This document shows positions 12,001 through 24,520 of a stretch of 64,000 nucleotides of DNA, in pieces. The notes beneath the pieces were generated by a model that was given only the letters and a program-made list of their open reading frames with translations, searched no databases and had not been told where the DNA came from. Each line of letters starts with the position of its first letter. Position 1 is the first letter of the stretch. Source of the DNA: Chiloscyllium plagiosum (Eukaryota); NCBI RefSeq assembly GCF_004010195.1, contig NC_057745.1, positions 24,519,593 through 24,583,592 on the forward strand, written 5' to 3'. The position numbers and the translations under genes were made by a program.

Positions 12001-12687
12001 CCTCATATTTTTTATGTTCTTATTATGTATGTTATGTTTAGTATAAACCATTGAGGATATTTTCTTTCCGTTCTCTCACACATTTCCACACTCTCAGCTA
12101 AAGACTTCATCTGTCATAGCATAGAATTCCTTGGCATTTATTTCAAACAGTGCATTGTAGATTACATGTTAAAGGTTTATTCTTGCTGTAACTTTGCCAC
12201 AAATATCCCCAAGGAATGGAATACTGCTCGCTCAAATGTGTTGATTTCATGACCACCTCAGGACACACAGTGACAAACAACAGTAAAGGAAGATTCACAT
12301 GATTCTACTTAAGATCTGGAGCTAAGCTCAGAGCAAGGAGCACCAAGTTTAATGCAGATCACGAGTGAAGAAAAACACACACCAGTGGCAAAGAAACCTT
12401 TTCTAGAAGGTGATTTCACATGCAGGTCTTGCTGACTAATAAAGAATGTTGCTTTCAGAATGCCTCTAATTCATGCAAACATTTGAGAGAGTGCTTATTA
12501 TATTTTCTGGACTATCAATGGCTAAATCTCTTTAAAATAGACCCCAGCACGGGCATAAATGCTCTTTGAAAAATGCTGGAGCTATGGAGATGTTAGAGAT
12601 CGCTGTTCATAAATGTTTAATGTTTGGATACACTTTGCTGGGAAGTTGGTTGGACAGCATCCTGACACAGACCTTCACTTACCTTAC

Positions 12688-13190
12688 TGTGGTCGTTGCT
12701 CTTACAGTGGATTGAAAGTTATTGCCTAATGATGAGAGATGATCAGAATTACTCCAGGCCAGTTAGCTGGTGACTCTTCTTGGCATGCAGCTAGTCCAGT
12801 TGAAACTGATTAGCAGGTTTCAAGCACAGATCAGGTAAGGGTAATGTGTTGCAGACGTTTCGTCCCCTGTCTAGGTGAAATCCTCAGTGCTTGGGAGCCT
12901 CCTGTGAAGCACTTTTGTGATGTTTCCTCTGGCAGTTATAGTGATTTGTCTCTGCTGCATCCGGTTGAATGCCAGAGGAAACATCCCAGAAGCGCTTCAC
13001 AGGAGACTCCCAAGCACCGAGGATGTCATCTAGACAGGGGACGAAACGTCTGCAACACAAATTCCCAACTCGGCGAACAGAACCACAACAACAAGCACCC
13101 GAGCTACAAATCTTCTCACAAACATTGAAGGGTAATGCTGGTGCCAGAAGTTGCCTGCTGCCAGAGGTTTGGTAGAATTGTTCCTTTCAC
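12688..13190 (-). pseudogene. Pseudo-exon interrupted by the Penelope insertion at 12847-13127; coding-like sequence may continue to ~12150
   Basis: gattttgtag|GTG; VKGTILPNLWQQATSGTSITL[insert]T*SVLENLLISFNWTSCMPRR; frame is continuous once the insert and one TSD copy are removed. Confidence 0.6.
12847..13127. mobile_element. Penelope pLTR fold-back insertion (family B) with a hammerhead motif in each arm
   Basis: Inverted arms ~12845-12934 and 12970-13059; TSD aagggtaatg (12837-12846 and 13128-13137); arm consensus GCA CUGAGGA U GUCACCU AGAC AGGGGAC GAA ACGU C/UGC; both arms carry point changes. Confidence 0.85.
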
Positions 13191-13605
13191 CTACAAAATC
13201 TAGAGGTTGATGCTGACGAAGTTGATGGGGCAAATATCACAAAAATATAAAGTTCTAAATTCCAGTTTAAAGCAAAAGTGGAAATTTGAGCAGGGCTAGG
13301 TCATGAGGTCCCTCAAGTCTTCTCCACCACTCAATATGAATGCATCTGATCTTTGGTTTCAATTCCACTTTCCTGTCTGCTGCCCAAGTCTTGTCAAACC
13401 TTGAGAGGCCAAAAGCCTGTCTCAACATTAAATATGTTCAGCGATGGAGTATCTCCAACCCTCTGGGGCAGAGTATTCCAAAGAGTCATGATGCTCTGAG
13501 TGACAAAATGCCTCTTCATCTTAGTCCCAAATGATTGCTCCCTTATGAACCCACGCTAAAGTAGATCCACAAAATAGGTAGCCTTATTTATTGCAAAATA
13601 CATAC

Positions 13606-13813
13606 TGGAATTATATAGTTCAGATCCACTATTGGATTTCAAGATTTTCTTTGATCACAGATAACATTTCCAATCCATTGATCTTCTGAAAATATTGACC
13701 ATGCATCAATTGGTTCAAACAGTTGAGGAGTAGTTTTCACACCAGTTGTTGAACTGATCGATGTTCACATATCTCGGATATCTCTGATATGTTAACAAAG
13801 GATTGGGAGATAT
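13606..13813 (-). pseudogene. Pseudo-exon (208 nt, phase 2-0)
   Basis: ttttccctcccacttag|A; YLPILC*HIRDIRDM*TS...PQLFEPIDAWSIFSEDQWIGNVICDQRKS*NPIVDLNYIIP; |gtatgt; phases fit both neighbours. Confidence 0.65.
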
Positions 13814-13957
13814 CTAAGTGGGAGGGAAAAATCCTCATAGATTAATATGATTAATGGCTTGCTCTTAGGAAACTCCAACTCAGGCAGAATTCTGTGGTTT
13901 GCATCCTACTTTGTGCTGCACACTCATCATTCTTGTCCTTTATGACCTTCTGTGAAT

Positions 13958-14262
13958 CAATAGACAATAGACAATAGGTGCAGGAGTAGGCCATTCTGCC
14001 CTTCGAGCCTGAACCACCATTCAATATGATTATGGCTGATCATCCTTAATCAGTATCCTGTTCCTGCCTTATTTCCATAACCCTTGATTCCACTATCCTT
14101 GAGAGCTCTATCCAACTCTTTCTTAAATGAATCCAGAGACTGGGCCTCCACTGCCCTCTGGGGCAGAGCATTCCACACAGCCACCACTTTCTGGGTGAAG
14201 AAATTTCTCCTCATCTCTGTCCTAAATGGTTTGCCCCGTATTTTTACGCTGTATCCTCTGGT
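13958..14262 (-). mobile_element. CR1 3' fragment
   Basis: (caatagac)n tail and FFTQKVVAVWNALP-type coding on the minus strand. Confidence 0.85.
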
Positions 14263-16999
14263 TCATTGTTCATCAGTGCATTGATTTCAAAATCCTCATC
14301 CTTATCTATAAAATCCTCCATTATCTTGAAGAATGCAGCCTTTCTAGCCCAATGTTCTAACATACTCTTGTGTACACCTCCCATTTTAAGTAACCTTTAG
14401 ATACCACTGTCTGTCACTCTGAAAATATCTTCCTAAACCTTTCAACAGGCTTGTTTCAAGAATTTCATGAAAATATGCCTCATTGAGTGAATCTTCAAAC
14501 TCTTCCCTGAGCTTCACACTCATTCCTCCATGATACCCTTGGCTCCTCCTATAAAATGCTTTGATATGAGATTTCTTTTATATAGGTGCAAGTGTTTGTT
14601 TCAAGGGTGATTTTGTGTGATAGTGTAAAATGGGTAATAAGAAATTGACAACATGGTTAATGTTTGGGCTGATTTTCAATTCTTTTACCCTGTATGGAAA
14701 CTAAATTCACTGACAATGTAAAGCAGTGACAACTCACTATCACCCAATTTTCATTATACCAACTAGCCAAGATTGACCCCAATATATTTTACAGTCAAAC
14801 AAAGAAAAGTTCTTCCATTGTAGTTAAAATTTGGAGTGCTTAAGGATAAGGTTGGTAAAATATTACAGCATGAGATTTTACAATACTTGGAGAAGATACT
14901 GATGCTGATCATAATCATCAATGATGCCAGGATCAGAATAAGCTGCAGTAGTGATAGAGGGCTGTCCTGCTGTTAGGCCTTTCAGTACAATTTCCCCAAT
15001 AGTAAATATACAACCTGAATGCTGCATTTATATGAGGAAACATGCAATCTGATTGTAATGACGAATCACTGAGTACTGAATAAACTTCCATGACCATTTA
15101 CTAATAGCTAAGAGTTTCCCATTAAAGTGTAGTAATATTGTACAATTATTCTCTTTCTATGCCTTGATGTTTTTAAGGTGGCTGTGTTATGGTGTAATAT
15201 TTGGTATCCAGGAGTTGAAAAGTCAAAGTAATTGGAAGGTCAGAGTAAAAATAAAGGAGTGGAGTAATAAAGAAAGGATAGAAAAGAAATGATTGAAATT
15301 TATGAATCAGATGAAGGAACAGAGTGATGAATAAATACATAATCATGAAGAGATGGATTGCTACTAGGGAAAAATATATTTTTACTATCTGCTTCAGCTT
15401 TTTAACTGACAGTTTTATTATTCTGTAATAAATATACATGGGTTATGTAAAAGCAGTGTTCTTTAAATGTTCCATTCTAGTCAGAAAAATTTATGAAAAC
15501 CCTCAATTTTGATTTACGGTTGAGGGCTATTCTAATGCCGTGTTTTCCTTCAAGCACCACTGATTAAATCTTAAAACATTAAATGCTGATGGATGTGAAA
15601 TAGTGCACCTGCACTGTTAAGTGATGGGAGGTTAGAAGCCTGCACTCACCAGGCTGAGTCACTGACTCCTAAGACCTCATCTGTCTCAATCTCTGCTGCC
15701 ACTGACATTGTACAAGCAGGCACAATTAATAATGGTGTTATCCACTAACACCACTACAGACATCCTGATGAAGAGATTCTAACCCTTACTACAAAAGCAC
15801 TTCAGTGAAGGCCAGACAGTCACCTCCCCGCCTTTAAATTCAGGACTCCACCTTTGCCACTAAGTCTCATCAGACCACATTCTCACAGCAAAAATAAAAG
15901 ATCAAGTGCTACTGGTTATTATGTTATTTTTCCTCCTTGTCCACGAGGGAAGGCTGAGACCGGTTATGGATTAACAAATGATCAATAGTTCCTTGCTGCC
16001 TTTCTCGGCAGGGGAAAATGAACTCCAAACACAGTCAAACTCTTATTGATCAGAAGATAGCTTTCACTTTCATTACCACTGTCTCCTGATAACCCACAAA
16101 TAATGTGATGAGCTGGTAATCTCTCTGATTTTCAATGGACCCTTCACCCTCTCATCTCTGGCAGGGCTTTCATTTTTTTTCCCTGATAAATCCTTTCACA
16201 TAATTTATGCAGGAGCTCTTCACCAGTTTTATCAGACTGTGCCACTCAGAAAACACTAATTTTTGCCTGGTGACCATCTATGATTTGCAAATGTACTTAT
16301 ATTTTTCATTTTGAATGTCTTCACACTGTCATAGCTCTACACTAATAAACAGTGATTGATTAACAAGTCAATAATCAATCAGGTTGTCATGAAGCATGTG
16401 AAGCAGATTTGACTTTACACATGAGAAATGCAAACACTGTTAAATTATTCAAAAGTAAGGCACTAAAAGTCACAATTATTGTTGCACAGCCTGATTATAA
16501 GTACTTTTTTTGGAAGACTATTTTATATTTTGGATATATCACCACCTTTGCAACAACCCAGGCATATTTGCAGTTTAAGAATGAGCCCAATGAAATACAT
16601 TATATTTTGATTTATTCAGTTTTTTAACTGCTTTATAAAGCAAATACATCTTCCTCATAACATGGAACTTCATTGAAGGAAGGAGCATTCTTAAAATAAC
16701 TGGGCGTGTTTGTTTGTGTATGTAAAAAAAGGAATGTGTGCGTGCACACATTGACATGTACAAAGCAACTTGTCAGTGGTCTATTAAAGTACTTACATAT
16801 GCTACAGATATCTCCAATATTTTACAGCATGTCAGCTAGGAGCAGTAAAATCTTACCAGTAGTGTTGAGTGTTTGCTTTTATGGAATTTTAGTGCAGTAA
16901 AAGTATAGAGAATTGAGGACTGCATCAGCATATAAACTTGATGATTGGCACTTTGATGCACTCATAATAGTAACAATATTTCTCTGCATGAATCTTTAC

Positions 17000-17136
17000 A
17001 GCACTCTGAAGCTGGTATTGCCATAGATAGTGAAAAAATCAGCAGAGATTTCCGAGTCAAGAACTGCTAGGGACTTATCACTTGCGACCACAATTGGATG
17101 TTTTAATATTTACTCCTTACATCTCAAAGTTCTTTG
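17000..17136 (-). pseudogene. Pseudo-exon (137 nt, phase 0-2)
   Basis: QRTLRCKE*ILKHPIVVASDKSLAVLDSEISADFFTIYGNTSFRVL; CT|gtaaag; weak acceptor. Confidence 0.55.
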
Positions 17137-17789
17137 CTGGTGCCATTTCATTAAAATGTTATTAAAGGTATTGACATTCTTAACATAAAGTGCATAAGGG
17201 TCCCACATAATTGCTGTAATTGTTAATTAGATTTATGATAAGAGGAAGGACTATGGTGTCATAATTGCTTTTCAGATGTTGGTAATGGTGGTGGTCCTAA
17301 TCCCCAATGCCTAGTTTATGTGGTGGGACTGCAGCTGAAAGACATATAAGATAACTGTGTCCATTGCCAAACATCTGTTTGTTGCAGCTACTTAAAATGG
17401 CTAAATAGAAAAACAGGCAGGAGGTTTGAAGCACAAACAGGAGGGGCACATGCCCTTATCAGCACATACTTTATTAGTCCACTTTAAGGATTACATTTTA
17501 ATGAAATGTTCCTATGCTGCTAAAGCTGAAAAAAACATCATTTTTGAAATATTATTACCTACTTGGAGCATAACAAAGAATATAAATTCAAATTGTTATG
17601 ACTTAACCATTGCATTGCATGTACACTTAGCAAGTGCCATGTTTAATAACTAGCCATTGACCAATCAGATCCTAGCATTTCATTTAATCCATATGATTAC
17701 ATTCAGTTAATGTATTCATATATTTCTGCTCAGTCTGACTATTGTTTTAAATTCTATTTAAAGACGCTGGATGTATTGTAATAACTCAC

Positions 17790-17917
17790 CTCAGTGGTAC
17801 TAATCAGACCATTCTATCTTATGTTTTTTTTTCCATGAGTGAAGCTTCAGAAAAAGTTATAAGTCACAATTTTAAAAGTAAACCCTCATGACTGGATTTA
17901 TTAGGGACCAATTGCAC
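17790..17917 (-). pseudogene. Pseudo-exon with a probable A-run frameshift
   Basis: aacaacag|GTG; VQLVPNKSSHEGLLLKL*LITFSEASLMEKK; strong GAG|gtgagt donor. Confidence 0.5.
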
Positions 17918-18135
17918 CTGTTGTTTAAGTCATAACAACAAAGGATTTAATTTATTCGGTGAGTCAGTAGAAAAATATTGATTAAGCACATATTATTGAG
18001 GACTACATTTGAGAGTTTGTGGAAAAGTATTGAGACATTTGAACTTTCTAATAAAACCAGATTGACAACATGAAGCTTTCAATATCATAGGTGTCACGTG
18101 GAATGACAATGGATGCGGATAATAAGAAACCATAC

Positions 18136-18299
18136 CCAAGGATGTCCATGGCTTAGAAAGCAGATCTTTCAGGCTCTGTACTTCATCTGGCACCAAGCAG
18201 GCTACACACATCTCAGTTACGTTGGCGTCACCACAGATTAAGATATGTGTTTCAACAAAAATGAAGCCTTTGGTTGGTGTCAGTTTTTGGCAAGTTCAC
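18136..18299 (-). pseudogene. Pseudo-exon (frame stays open to ~17996)
   Basis: aaagcag|G; *TCQKLTPTKGFIFVETHILICGDANVTEMCVACLVPDEVQSLKDLLSKPWTSLG; phase fits the 21282 donor. Confidence 0.65.
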
Positions 18300-18344
18300 C
18301 TGCTTTGTATAAATGGCATTCATTAGTGAAAATTACCACTGCAT

Positions 18345-18705
18345 GGGGAGGCTCGGCTATTAATCCAGAAACTCAGCTAATATTCTGTGGAGGTAAAAAC
18401 AATGACTGCAGATGCTGGAAACCAGATTCTGGATTAGTGGTGCTGGAAGAGCACAGCAATTCAGGCAGCATCCGAGGACAGGCAAACTCGGATGCTGCCT
18501 GAATTGCTGTGCTCTTCCAGCACCACTAATCCAGAATAATATTCTGTGGAGCCGGGTTCAAATCCCACCATGACAGCTCCTCCAAGATTGATACTCAACT
18601 ATCCTCTGAAATGACCTAGCAAGCCTTTCAGTTCAAGAGCAGCGAGGGAGGGGCAATAAATGCTGGCCAGCCAGCCGCGCCCATGTCCTATGAATGAACA
18701 AAAAA
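18345..18705 (+). mobile_element. tRNA-derived SINE with LINE-like tail (family of 57886-58225), host of the Penelope insert
   Basis: gggttcaaatccc B box; tail gggcaataaatgctggcc...tgaatgaa. Confidence 0.7.
18393..18536. mobile_element. Penelope-derived family C fold-back lacking the hammerhead core
   Basis: Perfect ~51-bp inverted arms around a ~10-nt loop; 15-bp TSD taatattctgtggag (18378-18392 and 18537-18551). Confidence 0.85.
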
Positions 18706-18788
18706 GATTAACCACCTTCCAAGCACCAGCTGGGGACATCAATGGAATTGCTTACCATGGCATTAAAGAGACAACAGGTCTCGTATAA

Positions 18789-20551
18789 GAAAAGGTAGCA
18801 GTACTCCTACTGATGATGAGAAGGCCAGTTTTAAATCCTTCAATCATTTTTTTTTGCTTTCTGTGTTTATGTGTGCTGAAGTTCGCAATGATAACATCAT
18901 AGAATATTCCATGCCAACTTCAGCACACATAAACACAGAAAGCAGAAGATAATGACTGAAGTTAGCAGTCTATCAGCACATAGACAGTGAATGCATCTAA
19001 AATATAATTTCCAATTGTATTATGTATGTTGACAACCCAGAGCTAGCATGTGGCTTGCAACTCAGTCAGTTTCTACAAATGGAAGGAGAAGCTGAAAGGT
19101 TTATCTATGACATCTGTTAGACTATTGCTGGCTTACTTTCTGGAAAGTCCACATTACACTGAGGCAGTTGAATCACAAGAAAATCTTGGGGTGGATGGGG
19201 AAGTGTGGCTTTTCAGGAATTCACCACCTCTGTCCCTTCAACAAGAACATTGATGCAACACAGATTAGGGGTAAAGAGAGAGCAACAATGTATCATAATC
19301 ACAATTTGCTCTCATTGTACATACACAATGAATACTATCAAGGTTACGAACATTGTGTTATGTACTTATGCTGATGAGCTGCACCTTATTATGTAATTAA
19401 ACTCCAGTGCAGCCTATAAAATGGATGCTGGAAGTATTAATAACAAAATGATTTATTTACTTCAGTTTGCAGACAGTAATAGGTGTCAATGCAATCGCCA
19501 TCAGAGATATTTGAAGCAAGTCTGGACTCAGGATGAAGATCATCCTAACACTTCCTTCCACTTCACCTTTTCTTATGGCCTGTCTGGCTCTGGATCCTCT
19601 TTTCCAAATCTGTTGTTATAATAATCTACATATTGCATTATCTACACTATTAGCCTGAATCAATTCAATGTATTAGGCACTCCTCCAACAGTCAACATTC
19701 TTTTAATAATCCAAAGCTCTACTCCATTTTATTTTTTCTCCTTCAGTGGTATGATCAAAATCTCTCATAAGAGGGGTGAGTGCTGGTTTTGGCAGTCCAT
19801 TGTGCAATCAGTCTTCATTCCAGAATAGTTATTAAATTCCTGACACCATACAAAATGAACATGTCAAAGCTATTGCCTGAAAGCACATATTCATATGTTT
19901 CTACTCAATGTACATAAGCAAGCATCAGTATTTTTCTATTCACCAAATACATGGAATTGATGTTTTGCTCACAGAGAGCTACAAGAGTATCGTTGTCACA
20001 CTTGAATAAAATGTATCTGCTTCTGCAACTCTTGTTGCATGACGTTTCTGAACTGCCACCATATGAAATGTCATTACCCCTAATCTGTGTTGCATCAATG
20101 TTCTTGTTGAAGGGACAGAGGTGGTGAATTCCTGAAAAGCCACACTTCCCCATCCACCCCAAGACTTCCTTGTGATTCAACTGCCTCAGTGTAATGTGGA
20201 TTTTCCAGAAAGTAAGCCAGCAATAGTCTAACAGATGTCATAGATAAACCTTTCAGCTTCTCCCTCCATTTATAGAAACTGACTGAATTGCAAGCCACAT
20301 GCTAGCTCTGGGTTGTCAACATACATAATATAACTGGAAATTATATTTTAGATGCATTCACTGCCTATGTGTTGATAGACTGCTAACTTCAGTCATTACT
20401 TTCTGCTTTCTGTGTTTATGTGTTGGCATAGAATATTCTATGATGTTATCATTGCGAACTTCAGCACACATAAACACAGAAAGCAAAAAATAATGATTGA
20501 GGGATTTAAAACTGGCCTTCTCAACATCAGTAAGAGTACAGCTACCTTTTC
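18789..20551. repeat. Long inverted repeat: arms 18789-19274 and 20074-20551, ~800-bp spacer
   Basis: Arms are near-identical reverse complements; the ORF track shows twin peptides at 19050(+) and 20298(-). Confidence 0.95.
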
Positions 20552-21281
20552 AGTCACCATGCCAGAATCCATTGACCATATTAATTGTTCAGTGGTAATC
20601 TGCACAGTAAACAACACCAAAATGACAAACTGTGTGGTGGAATCTGATGTGGGAGCCATCTTGGCTTACTTTGAGGTGAGAGACTGGTTCATGTACATGA
20701 AGATCAGTAGGTTTTATGACGGCTCTGCACATTTAGACTTACAAAGCAAAGCAGGAAGGTGCTAAATATCTTGAAAGGCAAGGCTGAGCTGCTGTGAACA
20801 TCAACATAGGCACAAACTGTGTAAGCAGTAAGAAAGCAAGTGAAGAGACATCGAGATGCAGTTTGTCCAATGCATGAGATGGGGATGTGCAAAGCAGTCT
20901 AGCAGCAGCATTGCAATGAAAGGTCTTGGTGCACTCCAAAGTACATTATGAAAGTAGTGAACTGTTTTCTAAGTTAGTTAGGGATTTGCCATGGTGAGGT
21001 GGTGAGGCTGGCGTTTGTCAGATGCCAACCTCTGTGGACAGGGGTTGCCCATGAGCATCCCTGGAAATGTCAAAGACTTCTGGTCCAGATGGAGACCTGG
21101 ATTAGTGGGCTGCAACAACGAGGTACCTACTCTGACTTTCATGTTGGTAATTATCGCTGTCTAGCTTCTCTCCACCAAAGGGAATAATAGCAAATTGTAT
21201 ATAAATAAAGCTCAAACAGACAGTGATGAGAACTTGTTGCCACCAAGTAGACCTCTTCCCACTCACTAGTAAGCTTCTTAC

Positions 21282-21423
21282 CTTGTTGTTAAAACCTTAG
21301 GTGAAAAATCAGACTTTTGTTTCTTATCCTCGGAAATCTCATTTGTCCAATCCCACCACATTTTCCCAGTTGACTCACCATTGAGAAAGTTCAGCCTACT
21401 GTCATTTCCCTTCTTTCTTTACT
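21282..21423 (-). pseudogene. Pseudo-exon (142 nt, phase 1-2)
   Basis: ctcaaccatag|AG; *RKKGNDSRLNFLNGESTGKMWWDWTNEISEDKKQKSDFSPKVLTT; AG|gtaaga. Confidence 0.7.
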
Positions 21424-21949
21424 CTATGGTTGAGACAGGGTAGAATGTATAGCAAGTGGACCATGCAATGCCACCTAAGATGAAGTCTTAACTCATTATT
21501 TTCAACTGGCTGGATGTTTCTTTTTTCCTTGAAACAAGGCAAGAAGATTGTCAAGGGTATCTGCATTCCTCAGAATTACAACATGGATCACAATATACTC
21601 CATCACCCACTTTACCAGAAATTATAATGGCCCTGCAATAAGTACTGCAGAAGATAAAGTAAGCTTAATGAGGGTAAGTAATTGATCATGAGGAAAGAGA
21701 AAAAAAAGATGGGAAAAAGGGCAAAATTTTACAATCAAAAGGTCAAAATATCCCTAATTATTACAGGCTGAGGAGTGAGCTGCAGTTAGGCCTGCAGGGA
21801 CTCGGGAGTGGTGGTAAGTCAGTCATGGAACTGCATAAAGATCAGTCAGGAGTCTGGGCACTCTCTAGTCAGAGCTGTCCTTCCAAATTAGTGAGGGGGT
21901 GGGTGCCCTGAAAGTCGACATGAGTTAGTAGGGATCACTACTGTGCTTG

Positions 21950-22078
21950 GAGGAGAAAGTGAGGGCTGCAGATGCTGGAGATCAGAGCTGAAAATGTGTT
22001 GCTGGAAAAGCACAGCAGGTCAGGCAGCATCCAAGGAAGAGGAGAATCGACGTTTCGGGCATAAGCCCTTCTTCAGGA
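21950..22078 (-). mobile_element. Penelope-derived family C repeat with an intact hammerhead motif
   Basis: 16-bp TSD atcactactgtgcttg (21934-21949 and 22079-22094); minus strand UC CUGAAGA A GGGC UUAU GCCC GAA ACGU C/GA. Confidence 0.88.
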
Positions 22079-22424
22079 ATCACTACTGTGCTTGACAGTT
22101 TAGGAAGTAAATTGGAGGCAGCATATTGGGACATAGAGGGGATAATAATTGTGATGGAAAGACAAGCCAACTCATAAGGATGATCATGCTTTGGAGGGAA
22201 TGAGAGACTATGGAGTGGAGGTGGATCATCAATGGTTGCTACCACCCTGATTTTGATGGGAGAACAGTGCGACATGAGGGTCGGTGTGACTAAGCTGTAG
22301 GCTCAGGGCTCAAGGCTAATGTTCAGAGATGAAGAATTGAAAAAATATATTTGGATGGGAATGTGTGGAAGCTCATAACTTTTTATGTCAAGGACAAAAG
22401 GAAGGTGAAGATTTGAGCAGTCAC

Positions 22425-22538
22425 CTTCTTTAGTAGACTGGGCCTGCTGCTCAATCCACAATGTATGATCAGTATTACCTTCTATTTTTATCCAAATCAC
22501 AAATGCACAATGTAAATGAGAAATGGGTGCTACCACAC
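22425..22538 (-). pseudogene. Pseudo-exon (needs a 1-nt frameshift)
   Basis: tctgtccatgccag|G; CGSTHFSFTLCICDLDK / EGNTDHTLWIEQQAQSTKE; G|gtgact. Confidence 0.5.
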
Positions 22539-24084
22539 CTGGCATGGACAGAATAAGTAAGTTCATTTCTGCATGAGGAATACCTCGAACAATATGAAGA
22601 CCTTCAAGAAGCAATTGCATTAATTAGGCATTTACACAATACAGGTTAAAAGCATTGATTTGAATAGAATTTTGCATTTGTAATTCAAATCCTGACCACA
22701 AGAAAACTTGATCATTACAAGCTGACCATCGCCACTTCTTTGAAACAGAAAGAATCACAGATGACCTTAAAAAGTGTCAACTATAGATCAATAAGACAAT
22801 TTAAGATCTCATAAGCTGCACAAGGGAGCAAAACTGCTTTTTCTCACACTGAACTGTTAAGTACTAGACAGTGTGCTCTTATATGCATTTCTTCCTTTAT
22901 TTGGGGATGTGGGGTGGTGCAGGTGAATGTAGGAAAGGTTTAAGTAATCCTGCCACACTTAGAATCTCCTATTCTATTGTGGAGCATGGCTTGAGCTACA
23001 TACATCAGAATAAAGTCCACTATATCAAAGGTCCATATGCTGGCATTCCACATGTCTCCTTGTCAGAGTGCTCCATGTCCACTTCATCAAGGACTCTGCT
23101 AATCTGTCATTTGCAGGTGATGTCAATGCTGATTGCTCATATTATTAGCGATCTGTTCTGTTCCTGATTTTTGCCACAGAGGTTCATTGGAACTCTGACC
23201 AGTGGATCCAGCCACTGGATCCAGTCATTATCACTGTGGCTGTGGTGCAATGAAGGTGCAAAGAAATGAAAGAAGGACAAATGTGCCAGCAAGCCCTGGA
23301 CCAGCAGCAACCCTTAAAAGCTGCCAAGCAGCCTCCACATTTAGAAACCGCAACTGAAGATGCTGTCAGGAAATGGAGCAGGTATAGAAGGCCCAGAGTC
23401 GGTTGTCTTTCATGCCATGCTTTCCAGGCGAGCAAGGAGCATTGACACTGCAGACGAGGATGATCCAGGACACTGTCACAGAACTGTGTCATTTACTGGA
23501 GCAGAGCTGCCGTACTGGGATTGGCAGGACATAACAGTTTAGATTTGATTTATTAATTGTGTGAATGTTTGGCTTTTTTGTTGTATGCTGATTCCACTGT
23601 TTGGCATTGATGTGGCCCTGTGTTGCTGTTTCACCAGGTTGACATCTCATTTATAGCCAGGTCTGCACCCTTCATTAAACCAGATTGGACTTTCCAGTAA
23701 TGGCAGATATCAGGTTTTGAAGTTACATATTGTGCTTGCGTATTGTTCTGATGCTGCTGATGGCCCACACCACCTCACGAAGGTTCAGATTTGAGTGGTG
23801 AGATTTGTTTCTTAAACATTTTCAGTTTCAGATTTAGTGTTTAGTTGTGAAGCAATTCTTTATCTTAAGAATTGTCTTCTTCAAGATGTCAAATCTTGTG
23901 CTCTCTTTGGCCAAACACTGACATTAAATTGCTTTGTGAATACTTATTCACTTAACATTTTGTTCTTTAATGCTGCTTTAAATATATAGCATTGATATTC
24001 TACTCTTTTTTTATGTTTGTACTCATTAAATCGATGCTGTTTCAACTTCTGCTGTTTTTAAGCTTCTTCAAAGTTTTGAACTTT

Positions 24085-24520
24085 GATTAGATTACTTACA
24101 GTGTGGAAACAGACCCACCCAGACCCATCCCCTTACATGTATCCCTTCACCTAACACTACAGGCAATTTATTCACCTAACCTGCACATCTTTGTGACTGT
24201 GGGAGGAAACTCACACTGACATGGGAAGAATGTGCAAACTCCACACAGACAATCTGCCTAAGGCGGGATTTGAACCCGGATCTCTGGCGCTGTGAGGCAT
24301 CAGTGCTAACCACTGTACCACCGTGCCACCCCTTTTTAATGCACTTAACACTGTGGGCAATTTAGCCTGGCCAATTCACCTGACCTGCACACCTTTGGAT
24401 TGTGGGAGGAAACCCACTCAGACACATGTGCAAGCTCCACACAGACAGACGGGAATCAAACCCAGGACCTTGGTGCTGTGAGGCAGCAGTGCTAACCTCT
24501 GAGCCACTGTGCTGCCCATG
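24085..24520 (-). mobile_element. Two tandem HE1-like V-SINEs
   Basis: Minus-strand heads gtggcacggtggtacagtggttagcactg...gggttcaaatccc; V-domain-like core; (taatc)n tail. Confidence 0.85.

Noticed and set aside
15760-15800. CTGATGA as another hammerhead core
   Set aside because: No stem II or GAAA follows.
19050-20298. Twin 67-aa ORFs on opposite strands as a duplicated small gene
   Set aside because: They are a by-product of the inverted duplication; both start at GTG and show no recognisable motif.
10754-22094. CRISPR-like or other prokaryotic reading of the recurring palindromic repeats
   Set aside because: The copies are dispersed, TSD-flanked retroelement pieces in vertebrate DNA, with no regular repeat-spacer array and no cas genes.
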